Numbered from the stretch's first letter, positions 17,274-26,036 are shown. The stretch: 64,000 nt of DNA from Anaerolineales bacterium (GCA_034432755.1 DAOUBQ010000015.1:26400-90399); one strand, 5' to 3'. Notes: generated from the letters alone by a model not told the origin. Translations and numbers: made by a program.

Positions 17274-18779
17274 ATGACCTTCAAGCGTTCTTCTGGCATT
17301 CTCCTGCACCCCACCAGTTTCTCTGGCCCCTACGGAATTGGCGACCTGGGCCCCGCCGCCTATCGTTTCATTGACGACCTGGCCGAAACCGGCTGCAAAC
17401 TTTGGCAGGTTCTTCCGCTCGGCCCCACTGGCTATGGCGATTCACCCTACCAGTGCTTTTCGGCCTTTGCAGGCAACCCATACCTGGTCAGCCCCGATTT
17501 CCTCAAGAACGATGGCCTGCTGGCTGATGAGGACTTCAGCGATATGCCCGCCTGGCCCGAAAACCGGGTAGATTTTGGGATGCTTTACCAGTGGAAGCCA
17601 TCCCTGTTGGATAAGGCCTATCGCCGCTTTGAGTCGATGCCCGATACCCCCCTGCGGGCTGAGTTCGAGTCCTTCTGCGCTGAAAACGATTCTTGGCTTT
17701 CAGATTTTGCCCTGTTCATGGCCCTCAAAGACCAAAACGGCGGCGCGGCCTGGAATGAGTGGCCAGAACCCCTGCGCCGGCGCGAATCGAAAGCCCTCGC
17801 CCAAGCCCGTCAAAAACACGCCGACGCCATCCGCCGCCAGCAGTTCCGTCAGTTCCTGTTCTTTCGCCAGTGGAATGCCCTGCGCGGTTACGTCCACAGT
17901 AAAGGGATACAAATCATCGGCGATATCCCCATCTTCGTGGCGATGGACTCCGCGGATGCCTGGGCCAATCCCGGCCTGTTTGACCTGGACGAAACCGGCA
18001 AGCCGACTGTCGTGGCGGGCGTCCCACCAGATTACTTCTCGCCGACCGGCCAGTTGTGGGGCAACCCCCTTTATCGCTGGGATGTGCATAAGAAAAGCGG
18101 CTATCAATGGTGGATTGCTCGCATTCGCGCCACCCTCAGCATGGTGGATATTGTGCGCATTGACCACTTTCGCGGCTTTGCCGGTTACTGGGAAATCCCC
18201 GGCGGCGCGCCAACCGCCCAAAACGGACGTTGGGTGCCTGGCCCCGGCCTCGACCTGTTTATTGCCATTCGGGAAGCCCTCGGCGACCCCTCGAGCCTCG
18301 GGGCGGGCCTGCCCATCATCGCCGAAGATTTGGGCGAAATTACCCCCGATGTCATCGAACTGCGCGATACGCTCGGCCTGCCCGGCATGAAAATCTACCA
18401 ATTCGGCTTTTCCGGCCCCGATAACCCCTTCTTGCCGCATCATTACCCGCGCAACTGCGTGGTCTATACCGGCACGCACGACAACGACACCGCTTGGGGT
18501 TGGTATCGCACCGCGCCCCAGCATGAACTCGATTTTGCCCGCCGCTACCTCAACACCAGCGGCAATGATTTTGCGTGGGACCTGATTCGCTCGGCCTGGG
18601 CTTCGGTGGCCGTCTTTGCCCTGGCACCCTTGCAGGACTTTATGAACCTCGGCACCGAAGCGCGCATGAACTTCCCCGGCAAAGTGGGCGGCTTTTGGTC
18701 GTGGAGAATGCCCGAAGGCAGCTTGGCCGATGACCTGAAATGGCGCATCCGGGAATTAAATTATCTTTATCAGCGTTAA
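17274..18779 (+). CDS. malQ: 4-alpha-glucanotransferase (amylomaltase, GH77)
   Basis: ORF 16974..18779 trimmed to ATG 17274. SGILLHPTSFSGPYGIGDLG, IRIDHFRGF, VVYTGTHDND. Confidence 0.95.
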   Translation: MTFKRSSGILLHPTSFSGPYGIGDLGPAAYRFIDDLAETGCKLWQVLPLGPTGYGDSPYQCFSAFAGNPYLVSPDFLKNDGLLADEDFSDMPAWPENRVDFGMLYQWKPSLLDKAYRRFESMPDTPLRAEFESFCAENDSWLSDFALFMALKDQNGGAAWNEWPEPLRRRESKALAQARQKHADAIRRQQFRQFLFFRQWNALRGYVHSKGIQIIGDIPIFVAMDSADAWANPGLFDLDETGKPTVVAGVPPDYFSPTGQLWGNPLYRWDVHKKSGYQWWIARIRATLSMVDIVRIDHFRGFAGYWEIPGGAPTAQNGRWVPGPGLDLFIAIREALGDPSSLGAGLPIIAEDLGEITPDVIELRDTLGLPGMKIYQFGFSGPDNPFLPHHYPRNCVVYTGTHDNDTAWGWYRTAPQHELDFARRYLNTSGNDFAWDLIRSAWASVAVFALAPLQDFMNLGTEARMNFPGKVGGFWSWRMPEGSLADDLKWRIRELNYLYQR

Positions 18780-18793
18780 ACGTTACGAAACGA

Positions 18794-18829
18794 ACGTCCC
18801 GAAGGATTCAAACCTTCGGGACGTTTTTT
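18794..18829 (+). terminator. rho-independent terminator of malQ
   Basis: ACGTCCCGAAGG / CCTTCGGGACGT stem, 7-nt loop, T6 run. Confidence 0.8.
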
Positions 18830-18830
18830 A

Positions 18831-18868
18831 CGGATGACTGAACACTGATTACTGCTCACTGATTACTC
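18831..18868. repeat. 7-nt-period array overlapping the 3' end of the EamA gene
   Basis: ACTG recurs at 18837/18844/18851/18858 (cggatga ctgaaca ctgatta ctgctca ctgatta). The minus-strand gene ends ...RESNQ* inside it. Confidence 0.8.
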
Positions 18869-19800
18869 TCCCTCGCCGCCACATAAATCCCTGCCAGAAT
18901 CAGCACCCCGCCGATGATTTCAAGCGCAGAAGGCGTTTCGCGCAGGATAAACAATGCCAGCAGCGTGGAACCTATCGGTTCACCGAGCAGGGTTACAGCC
19001 ACAAAAGATGCCGGCAGGTAGCGCAGTACCCAATTGAAGGTGGAATGTCCCAACAGTTGTGGCACCAGCGCCAGGAGCAGCATCCACAGGTAGTTCATTG
19101 GTGGGTAGCCGAAGGGGGTGTGCCTCGCCACAAGCATGATGGCAACCAGGACGAGCGCAGCCATGCCATAGACGACGAAAATGTAAGGGACGAGCGACAT
19201 CCTGGCCCGCAGGCGGCGGCCAAGCAGCAAGTATCCGGCCCCCATCCAGGCCCCCCACAGGGCCAGGAAGTTGCCCCACAAGGCCTGACCCTGTAAAAAT
19301 TCGGAGAAGGGCGGGCAGACCAGGCCGTTCTGTATCTGACAAGTTTCGCTCAGCCCGACTACCGTCCCGCCGAGTAGCGCCAGCGCCAGCCCGATGACGG
19401 TTGTCCGGCTAATCGATTCGCGTAAAACCAGCGGGGAAAGAATCGCCACCCAGAGCGGCGTGGTGCTGACCAGCACGACCGAACTGGCGACCGAGGTAAA
19501 TTCCAGCGAGGAAATCCAGGTGGCGAAGTGCAGGGCCAGGAAAAAGCCAGAGAGCAATCCCAGCCCCACCTCGCGGCGCGACAGGTTGCTCAATTCAGCG
19601 CGGTGACGCGCCAGGGCAATCGGCGCCAGCACCAGCGCGGCCAACGTCAATCGCACGGCGGCAATCACCAGCGATGGGACATCTTGCTGGGCATAACGGA
19701 TGAAAATCGCCGCGGTCGAAACCGCAAGCACCCCGCCCGCAATGGCGAGGGTTAACAGGGCGGGGCTGCGATGTGTGGTGTTCAAAGTTCTCCTTTTCAC
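18856..19800 (-). CDS. EamA/DMT-family transporter
   Basis: About 10 TM segments in two EamA-like halves. The N-terminal 40 aa of ORF 18856..19920 look non-coding. Start is uncertain: GTG 19798-19800 or TTG 19783-19785 behind AAAGGAGA. Confidence 0.8.
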   Translation of the reverse strand: MKRRTLNTTHRSPALLTLAIAGGVLAVSTAAIFIRYAQQDVPSLVIAAVRLTLAALVLAPIALARHRAELSNLSRREVGLGLLSGFFLALHFATWISSLEFTSVASSVVLVSTTPLWVAILSPLVLRESISRTTVIGLALALLGGTVVGLSETCQIQNGLVCPPFSEFLQGQALWGNFLALWGAWMGAGYLLLGRRLRARMSLVPYIFVVYGMAALVLVAIMLVARHTPFGYPPMNYLWMLLLALVPQLLGHSTFNWVLRYLPASFVAVTLLGEPIGSTLLALFILRETPSALEIIGGVLILAGIYVAARESNQ

Positions 19801-20030
19801 TCCTCCGTCATTTTCGCCTATTTTGCAAAGATGGGAGAGGCTGAGAGGGGGTTGGGGCAGGCTATCACCCATATTGGCGATACGAATCATCCTATCACGG
19901 AATTGATTTTCGGTTTTCACCCGGCTAGAATGTCGAGGTAATCCTAAATCACACCGCTTGTTCCGTCAACCCTCTTCGTAACGTGGAATTCCTTCCGCGT
20001 GCAGATAACAGAAAACAGGAGAAAACCCTT

Positions 20031-20633
20031 ATGGCCTTTGAACTTTCCCAACTTCCATATGCGTATGAAGCCCTTGAGCCGTTCATTGACGCGCAGACCA
20101 TGAATATCCACCACACCAAGCACCACCAGGCGTATGTCACCAACCTGAACGCTGCGCTTGAAAAGCACCCTGAGTTGGGTGGCTGGAGCATAGATGACCT
20201 GCTGGTGAAACTGGCTGAGATTCCTGAAGATATCCGCACCGCTGTTCGCAATCATGGCGGCGGCCACTGGAATCACGATATGTTCTGGAACATCATGGCC
20301 CCAAACGCTGGTGGTGAACCGGCTGGCGCACTTGCCAAAGCCATCGAAGCCGATTTTGGCTCGTTTGCGAATTTCAAGGCCGAATTCGATAAGGCTGCTA
20401 TGGGCCGCTTTGGCTCTGGCTGGGCCTGGCTGGTCAAAAAAGGCGATAAGCTGGCTGTCGTTTCAACCGCCAACCAGGACAACCCGCTCACCGATGGTCT
20501 TAAACCGTTGATGGGCATTGACGTTTGGGAACATGCCTATTACCTTAAATACCAAAACCGCCGCGCGGATTATGTGGCTGCCTGGTGGAACGTCGTCAAC
20601 TGGGATGCGGTTGCCAGCCGCTTCGGTCATTAA
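20031..20633 (+). CDS. sodA: Fe/Mn superoxide dismutase (Mn-type by the GGGHWNH context)
   Basis: ORF trimmed to ATG 20031 behind [33 protein letters not shown]. Confidence 0.95.
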   Translation: MAFELSQLPYAYEALEPFIDAQTMNIHHTKHHQAYVTNLNAALEKHPELGGWSIDDLLVKLAEIPEDIRTAVRNHGGGHWNHDMFWNIMAPNAGGEPAGALAKAIEADFGSFANFKAEFDKAAMGRFGSGWAWLVKKGDKLAVVSTANQDNPLTDGLKPLMGIDVWEHAYYLKYQNRRADYVAAWWNVVNWDAVASRFGH

Positions 20634-20652
20634 AACAAGCCGGTGTTAATCA

Positions 20653-20681
20653 AAAATCCGCACTTAGAAAGTGCGGATTTT
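20653..20681 (+). terminator. rho-independent terminator of the SOD gene
   Basis: AAAATCCGCAC / GTGCGGATTTT stem followed by T-rich sequence. Confidence 0.75.
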
Positions 20682-20689
20682 GATATAAT
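20681..20689 (+). promoter_or_regulatory. candidate extended -10 promoter (TGaTATAAT) for the ferredoxin gene
   Basis: TG 20681-20682 and TATAAT 20684-20689, about 70 nt upstream of ATG 20759. The 5' UTR hairpin ATCCCGC/GCGGGAT precedes AGGAGG. Confidence 0.45.
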
Positions 20690-20758
20690 CAATTTATCTG
20701 GTCGTATTCCAACACCCATCCCGCCAAAAATGCGGGATATTCATTAGGAGGAACTCGT

Positions 20759-21154
20759 ATGACTCATGTAATTACCAGCCTATGCCTGCGCGATAGCGGG
20801 TGTGTCGAAGTCTGCCCGGTGGAGTGCATTGTACCTGGCAAACCACAAGAAGAATGGCCGCTGTTTTACATTGACCCCGATACCTGCATTGACTGTGGTG
20901 CCTGCGTGCCAGAATGTCCGTATGCGGCCATCTTCCCCGAAGACGAAGTTCCCTCGGCGTACACAGCCAAGGGCGGTGAATTCATCAACCAGATTGGTCT
21001 CACCGGCCACTATGAAGGCACCAATCATCACGGCGAGGCCGTAGTCCTCGACAGCGTTAAACAACTCGCGGCAGGTGAAGTCGTTGACCTGACAGGCGAT
21101 ATCCAACGCAATGCGGACTATTTCTCGAAGGGCCCCGGTTACAGTTCTAAGTAA
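20759..21154 (+). CDS. ferredoxin, 7Fe-type ([3Fe-4S][4Fe-4S]) with a C-terminal extension
   Basis: SGCVEVCPVECI and CIDCGACVPECP cluster motifs. Confidence 0.9.
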   Translation: MTHVITSLCLRDSGCVEVCPVECIVPGKPQEEWPLFYIDPDTCIDCGACVPECPYAAIFPEDEVPSAYTAKGGEFINQIGLTGHYEGTNHHGEAVVLDSVKQLAAGEVVDLTGDIQRNADYFSKGPGYSSK

Positions 21155-21167
21155 TTTGATTCATCAC

Positions 21168-21228
21168 CGTCCCGAAGGCTGTTTTGAACTGGTCTTTGCG
21201 CCAAAAAAGCCCTCGGGACGTTTTTTTT
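21168..21228 (+). terminator. long-loop hairpin plus T8 run downstream of the ferredoxin gene
   Basis: CGTCCCGAAGGC (21168-21179) pairs with GCCCTCGGGACG (21209-21220) with one mismatch, then T8. Overlaps the stop of the convergent SEDS-PBP gene. Confidence 0.5.
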
Positions 21229-23650
21229 ATTTAATAGCCGCCTCTAGCGCCGCCAGGCCAATGGTGCGTGCCTGCAGGCGGTTGCTGTTTTCTAGCACGA
21301 CAACAATGGCGAGCGGAGTCCCCTGCCAGCCGGAGGTTGTTCCGCCCATGAACCAGGCTGCTATCCGATCAGATTCAGCCTCGCCGCTGCCAGTATATGC
21401 CCAAAACGAGCCGGTTTCTGCCCTGAGCAGGTTCTCGACATCCCTGGCTGCCAGGCATTGGGTGGAACGTCCCAAGGAGGGTAGGATGACCCAGCCCTGG
21501 GTGGACGTATTGACGGCCATGACCAATTGTACGGATGGGCAAATGCCCCCGTTACTGAGGGCGGCTGCCGCCCGTATCAGTTGCGCCGGGCTGATGCGGA
21601 TGTCGAGCGGCGTCAGAGCGCGTAAATCTGTCGCCGCGACCGGCAGCCGCAGGGCGGGCTGCTCGTAAAACCCAAGCTTCTCGTATAAGTTATTTCGTTC
21701 TTCCTGACTGACGGTGGTCCGTCCATATTGGGCTTGCAGGAAAGGTGTGACGATGTCGCCTGGTGGGTACAGTCCCTGGGTGGCGCGATTGAGCAACGGG
21801 GCGTTGGGAGCAGAGAAGATGGTTTCGTCGAGCAGGTTGGCGTCGTAGGTCGGGTGCGAGGACATGACCAGGATTTCGCCCGTTTCGGCATTGATCAAAA
21901 TGACCGCGCCACGTTTGTCTTTCATCAACCTGTCTGCCGTTGCCTGGATGTTCAGGTCGAGGCTCAGGCGTACGTTCAGGCCAGGCGGGGGCGTGCCATA
22001 CAAGACATGTTCCCACCAGATTTGCAAGGTGGGAAGGCCTTGCAGGCCGCGCAGGTAGGGGTCGAGGACTTGTTCGAGGCCTGCCTGCCCGTAAACGGGG
22101 TGAGTGTAGCCGACCACTGAAGACAGTTCTGGGATGTTGTATTGCCGCTGGTAACTGCCGACCTGGCCCTGGACGGAGGTGATGGCCTGGTTGCGGCGGT
22201 CGAGCAGGTTGCCGCGCGGCGCGAAGCGTTCCGCGATTGCCCGGCGTGGGTTGTCGGTACGTATGAGCAGGTCGTCGGCCCGCCAGACAGCCCACCAGCC
22301 ATACGAAAGGGCGCAAGCCGCGATTCCCACGCAGAGCAACCCGGCGGTTTGCAGATAGGGCGCGGGTTGGGGCAGGGGAGCGGGTTCTTCTTCCAGTTCA
22401 TTGCTGATTTGAATCAGGATGAGCAGCGCCAGGAAGGAGGTCAGCAGCGACGAGCCTCCATAGGAGACGAAAGGCAGGGTAACACCGGTGAGCGGCAGCA
22501 GGCGCAGGTTGCCCCCAATGATAAGGATGGCTTGCACGCCAAAATAGGTTGCTATCCCGGCGGCCAGCAGGCGGCGGAAGTTGCTTCCGGCGTGGATGGC
22601 GATGATAAAGCCACGCGCGACAAGCAGAGCGAACAGAATGAATACCGCGCTGCCGCCCACCAAGCCGTATTCTTCGCCGATGGTTGTAAAGATGAAATCG
22701 GAATGCGCCACCGGGACGAGGCCGGGTGCGCCCATGCCTACTCCGCGCCCATCCAGGCCGCCGTTGGCAACCGCCAAAATGGATTGGACAATCTGGTAGG
22801 AGCGCCCCGATGGGTCGGCCCAGGGGTTGAGCCAGGCGTCAATGCGCACCTGAATAATGTCGACCAGAAAATAACCTGCCAGTGTGGTGACGACCAGGGT
22901 GGCAAGCGAAAACAACAACAGGATGCGCCTGCCGCTCGCCATGTAAACGATGGAGGCGTAAAGGAAGATGAAAATCGAGGCCGTTCCCAGGTCGCGCTGG
23001 AAGAACAGGATGGCAAGCGCCAGCCCGGTCAGGAATAAGGTTGGGTAGAGCAGGGGCAGCAATCGGGCGTAGGTGACATTCTGCCCAGCAAAGTAGGCGG
23101 CGAGATACACAATCAACAGCAGCTTGAGCGGCTCGGAGGGCTGCAAGTAAATTCCGCAGCACCCCAGCCACAGGCGCGGGCCAGCGCCGCCCGGGTTCGA
23201 CCCTAGCACCAGGGTCAGCGCCGTCAGGAGCAGGCCGCTCGTCAGGAAGATATATTTGTAGCGGCGCAGGATGTCCAGGTTCTTTGGGAATTTCAGCCCG
23301 GCCAGCAGCACTACCATACTGATGATCAGCCAGGCTGCCTGACGAAACCCGAAGCCCTCGCTCAGCCGCCAGATGGAGAGCAATCCCCAGCCGGACAGCA
23401 GCGCGGCGATGGGGAACAAGAAGGGGTCGGCGTCGGGGGTGTGGCGGCGGAACTGACGCTGAACCAGGTATACCAACATCATCCAGGCCAATATCCCAGC
23501 CCAGTGTGACCAGCGCAGATCAGCTTCCCAACTGCGCAGCCGCACTGTCGGAGAAATTGTGAACGCCAAAGCGTTAAGAAATAAAAATAATGCTGCCAGT
23601 TTGAGCAGTCGGCTTTGGATGAGGACGGGAGGCTGGTAGGAGGGGAACAA
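21227..23650 (-). CDS. SEDS (RodA/FtsW) peptidoglycan polymerase fused to a class-B PBP-like domain with degenerate transpeptidase motifs
   Basis: N-terminal ~415 aa: PVAHSDFIFTTIGEEYGLVGG, LPLTGVTLPFVSYGGSS. C-terminal part: APRGNLLDRRNQ, GAVILINAETGEILVMSSHPTYDANLL, PLLNRATQGLYPPGDIVTPF. Confidence 0.9.
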   Translation of the reverse strand: MFPSYQPPVLIQSRLLKLAALFLFLNALAFTISPTVRLRSWEADLRWSHWAGILAWMMLVYLVQRQFRRHTPDADPFLFPIAALLSGWGLLSIWRLSEGFGFRQAAWLIISMVVLLAGLKFPKNLDILRRYKYIFLTSGLLLTALTLVLGSNPGGAGPRLWLGCCGIYLQPSEPLKLLLIVYLAAYFAGQNVTYARLLPLLYPTLFLTGLALAILFFQRDLGTASIFIFLYASIVYMASGRRILLLFSLATLVVTTLAGYFLVDIIQVRIDAWLNPWADPSGRSYQIVQSILAVANGGLDGRGVGMGAPGLVPVAHSDFIFTTIGEEYGLVGGSAVFILFALLVARGFIIAIHAGSNFRRLLAAGIATYFGVQAILIIGGNLRLLPLTGVTLPFVSYGGSSLLTSFLALLILIQISNELEEEPAPLPQPAPYLQTAGLLCVGIAACALSYGWWAVWRADDLLIRTDNPRRAIAERFAPRGNLLDRRNQAITSVQGQVGSYQRQYNIPELSSVVGYTHPVYGQAGLEQVLDPYLRGLQGLPTLQIWWEHVLYGTPPPGLNVRLSLDLNIQATADRLMKDKRGAVILINAETGEILVMSSHPTYDANLLDETIFSAPNAPLLNRATQGLYPPGDIVTPFLQAQYGRTTVSQEERNNLYEKLGFYEQPALRLPVAATDLRALTPLDIRISPAQLIRAAAALSNGGICPSVQLVMAVNTSTQGWVILPSLGRSTQCLAARDVENLLRAETGSFWAYTGSGEAESDRIAAWFMGGTTSGWQGTPLAIVVVLENSNRLQARTIGLAALEAAIK

Positions 23651-23667
23651 AGTTTTCTTTTAACGGG

Positions 23668-23709
23668 ATACGCAATACGTGATGGTGAATCCCGTATTGC
23701 GTATTCGGT
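23668..23709. repeat. 7-nt-period palindromic array in the MTAP / SEDS-PBP gap
   Basis: AT recurs at 23668/75/82/89/96/703 (atacgca atacgtg atggtga atcccgt attgcgt attcggt). ATACGCAATACG pairs with CGTATTGCGTAT. Confidence 0.75.
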
Positions 23710-23724
23710 GGGTGGCCTGTTTTT

Positions 23725-24624
23725 TTATTGGATATATTTACGAATTAGCAAGTCAAGATTTTGCCGCGTTTGGGGCGGGATGACAGCTAGATTGGTAATG
23801 AGGGCGGTTGCCAGCGCGTTATGGCAATCGCAGGGCTGCTCATCGGGCAGGCTTTTTGCCAGCAGGCGCAGGGCTTCTTGAGCGAGTTGGGTGTTTTTGT
23901 TAAGGGTTTGAATAACCATTTCCACAGTGACTGGTTCAGCAGAGACGTGCCAGACATCGTAGTCAGTGACGTGCGCCATCACCGCGTAGCACATTTCTGC
24001 TTCGCGCGCCAGGAAGGCTTCGGGGGAGGCTGTCATGCCGATGATGGACATGCCCCAGGCGCGAAAGACGTTCGATTCGGCTTTCGTGGAGAAGCGTGGG
24101 CCTTCAATGGTGATGAATGTGCCGCCCTGATGAACTGTTCCCCCAGAATCTTTCACGGATTGGTAGACAGCCTGACTCAATCCGGCGCAAAACGGGTCGG
24201 CCACGCCGATGTGGGCCACCAATCCCTCACCGAAGAAAGAGCGCGCGCGGTCTTTGGTGTTGTCATACAGCTGGTCGGGGATGACGATGTGGCCGGGGGC
24301 GTAATCTTCGCGCAACGAACCGCAGGCGCTAACACTGATAATTCGTTTTGCGCCGAGCATTTTGAGTGCGTAGATGTTGGCCCGGTAGTTTACCTCGGTG
24401 GGGGAGATGAAATGACCGATTCCATGCCGGGCCAGGAAGGCGATTCGCTTCCCTTCCAGTGTCCCAACCACAATGGGGGAACTCGGCTTCCCGAAGGGCG
24501 TTTCCAGGTGATGTTCCTGCACTTCGCTGAGAGAGGGGATTGCATACAATCCCGAACCGCCGATGACGGCAAAGTGGATGGTTTCTGCCATAGGTTGTTT
24601 CTCCGGGTTATTCGAGGGTGACAA
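23725..24624 (-). CDS. mtnP: S-methyl-5'-thioadenosine phosphorylase
   Basis: FAVIGGSGLY, FLARHGIGH, EVNYRANIYALKMLG, MTASPEAFLAREAEMCYA. Alternative start ATG 24589-24591. Confidence 0.92.
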   Translation of the reverse strand: MSPSNNPEKQPMAETIHFAVIGGSGLYAIPSLSEVQEHHLETPFGKPSSPIVVGTLEGKRIAFLARHGIGHFISPTEVNYRANIYALKMLGAKRIISVSACGSLREDYAPGHIVIPDQLYDNTKDRARSFFGEGLVAHIGVADPFCAGLSQAVYQSVKDSGGTVHQGGTFITIEGPRFSTKAESNVFRAWGMSIIGMTASPEAFLAREAEMCYAVMAHVTDYDVWHVSAEPVTVEMVIQTLNKNTQLAQEALRLLAKSLPDEQPCDCHNALATALITNLAVIPPQTRQNLDLLIRKYIQ

Positions 24625-25033
24625 TCAGCGCCGTTTGTCCGCATTGGATGGTGTCGCCGTTGACGACGATGGTGGCTGTTTGCACGGTCTCATTGTTGAG
24701 TTTGGTTCCATTCGTAGATTGCAGGTCTTCGAGCCACCACTGGTTATGATGGTAGGCCAGCCGCGCATGGCGGGCCGATACGGCAGCATCTTCCAGGGTC
24801 ACTTCGCATTCTGGGTCGCGTCCAATTAAGATGTCGCCCTGTGTGAAGTGCAGGGTTTTCGACAATTCGCCGGATGCCTGGATGATGAGGGTGAGGGGAG
24901 TGACTTTGCGGGAGGAAAGAAAAACTGTCTCTTGCTGTAGAGAACGCCAGAGCAGGTAAAGAGCCCATCCAATGAAAGCATACAGGGCTGCTGCCGCGAG
25001 GACCCGCAAGCCCAGCAGGAGCAAGGCGCTCAT
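24608..25033 (-). CDS. membrane-anchored FHA-domain protein (FhaB/FipA-like)
   Basis: N-terminal TM, then an FHA core ILIGRDPECEVTLEDAAVSARHARL...STNGTKLN. The start overlaps the upstream gene's stop (ATGA). Confidence 0.85.
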   Translation of the reverse strand: MSALLLLGLRVLAAAALYAFIGWALYLLWRSLQQETVFLSSRKVTPLTLIIQASGELSKTLHFTQGDILIGRDPECEVTLEDAAVSARHARLAYHHNQWWLEDLQSTNGTKLNNETVQTATIVVNGDTIQCGQTALIVTLE

Positions 25034-25866
25034 GAAGGATCTTCGTCTTCTGGGGCTATTTCTTTGAGAGTCGGAGTGTCTCGTAAGACGGCGGTGCGGC
25101 GTTCGCCGCTGGCAGGGGAGAGTGGCGCGGTCTCTCCGGTGTGAACCGAGGGGGGCGGATTATCCTGCCCAAAGACGATGGGCAGGCCGGCCAGCGAAAT
25201 CACATCCCCGGGATACAGGACGCTTTGGTTGATGCGCTGTCCATTGACATACGTGCCGCCGGTGGAATTCAGGTCGAAAATAATAAAACGCCCGCGCACG
25301 TATCGTATCTGGGCATGGTAGCGCGAGACGCGCGGGTCATCCACAACAAGGTGGTTATCGAGGCGGCGCCCAATATTGGTGACAGCCTGGTTGAGCGTGA
25401 ACACTTTCGTCCCGCCGACAATCAGGAAAGCGGCGCGCGTGGGGGTATCCTGGTCGTTGCCAGTACGCATATCCTGTGTTTCGGCTATGGCGTTCGCTTT
25501 TTGGATGCGCACGCGCACATCGTCAAGTTCAACCAGCGGGTCTCCCGTCATGCTGATGGTCAGGATACCATCGAACCGAACCCCAATTTCGCTGGCAACC
25601 AGGCGGAAGATTTTTGTCAGGCCTTCGATCAGTCGTGGGTCTTTTTGCCATTGGGAAATCATCGAAGGATGGACCACTAGCTGGAACTGGTGTGGCAGGA
25701 CGTTGGTGTTCTCGTTCAAACCCTGAGTTGCCAGGTTGGAACGCAGAGTTTCGGCCAATTGGCGCGAGATGCGGTCCCGGTAATTGGGGCCAGGCAAATA
25801 CTTGACGAGATGCACCTCAATCAGGTTTTGCAGGCGGTTTTCGATATCGCTTAATTGGAAGGCCAT
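25030..25866 (-). CDS. FhaA-like protein (DUF3662-type N-domain plus C-terminal FHA domain)
   Basis: N-terminus DIENRLQNLIEVHLVKYL... resembles the FhaA N-domain. FHA core NIGRRLDNHLVVDDPRVSRYHAQI...STGGTYVNG. Confidence 0.85.
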   Translation of the reverse strand: MAFQLSDIENRLQNLIEVHLVKYLPGPNYRDRISRQLAETLRSNLATQGLNENTNVLPHQFQLVVHPSMISQWQKDPRLIEGLTKIFRLVASEIGVRFDGILTISMTGDPLVELDDVRVRIQKANAIAETQDMRTGNDQDTPTRAAFLIVGGTKVFTLNQAVTNIGRRLDNHLVVDDPRVSRYHAQIRYVRGRFIIFDLNSTGGTYVNGQRINQSVLYPGDVISLAGLPIVFGQDNPPPSVHTGETAPLSPASGERRTAVLRDTPTLKEIAPEDEDPS

Positions 25867-25899
25867 AAAACGAAATTCCTGGGGCGTTGGTACTTGACT

Positions 25900-25928
25900 A
25901 TTATAGAATTTTGTGCCGGATTTTGCAA
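25900..25928 (-). promoter_or_regulatory. sigma70-type promoter for the FhaA operon (TTGCAA-17-TATAAT)
   Basis: On the minus strand, -35 TTGCAA (25923-25928), 17-nt spacer and -10 TATAAT (25900-25905). This lies about 34 nt upstream of ATG 25866. Confidence 0.55.
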
Positions 25929-26036
25929 CTTATCTGAGTTGTCTTTTGCTACTGGATTGATTATTACATAAAATGGATGGTTTGTACAACTTTTTTGGCG
26001 AGTCAACCGCAATTCTGTATCAATCCGACCACTTCA

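Noticed and set aside
22142-23038. 298-aa plus-strand ORF and several others (21690..22316, 21976..22401, 22839..23171) overlapping the SEDS::PBP gene
   Set aside because: The SEDS and PBP motifs fix the minus-strand frame 21227..23650. The others are shadow ORFs.
23821-24621. 266-aa plus-strand ORF antisense to MTAP
   Set aside because: The MTAP motifs are clear on the minus strand.
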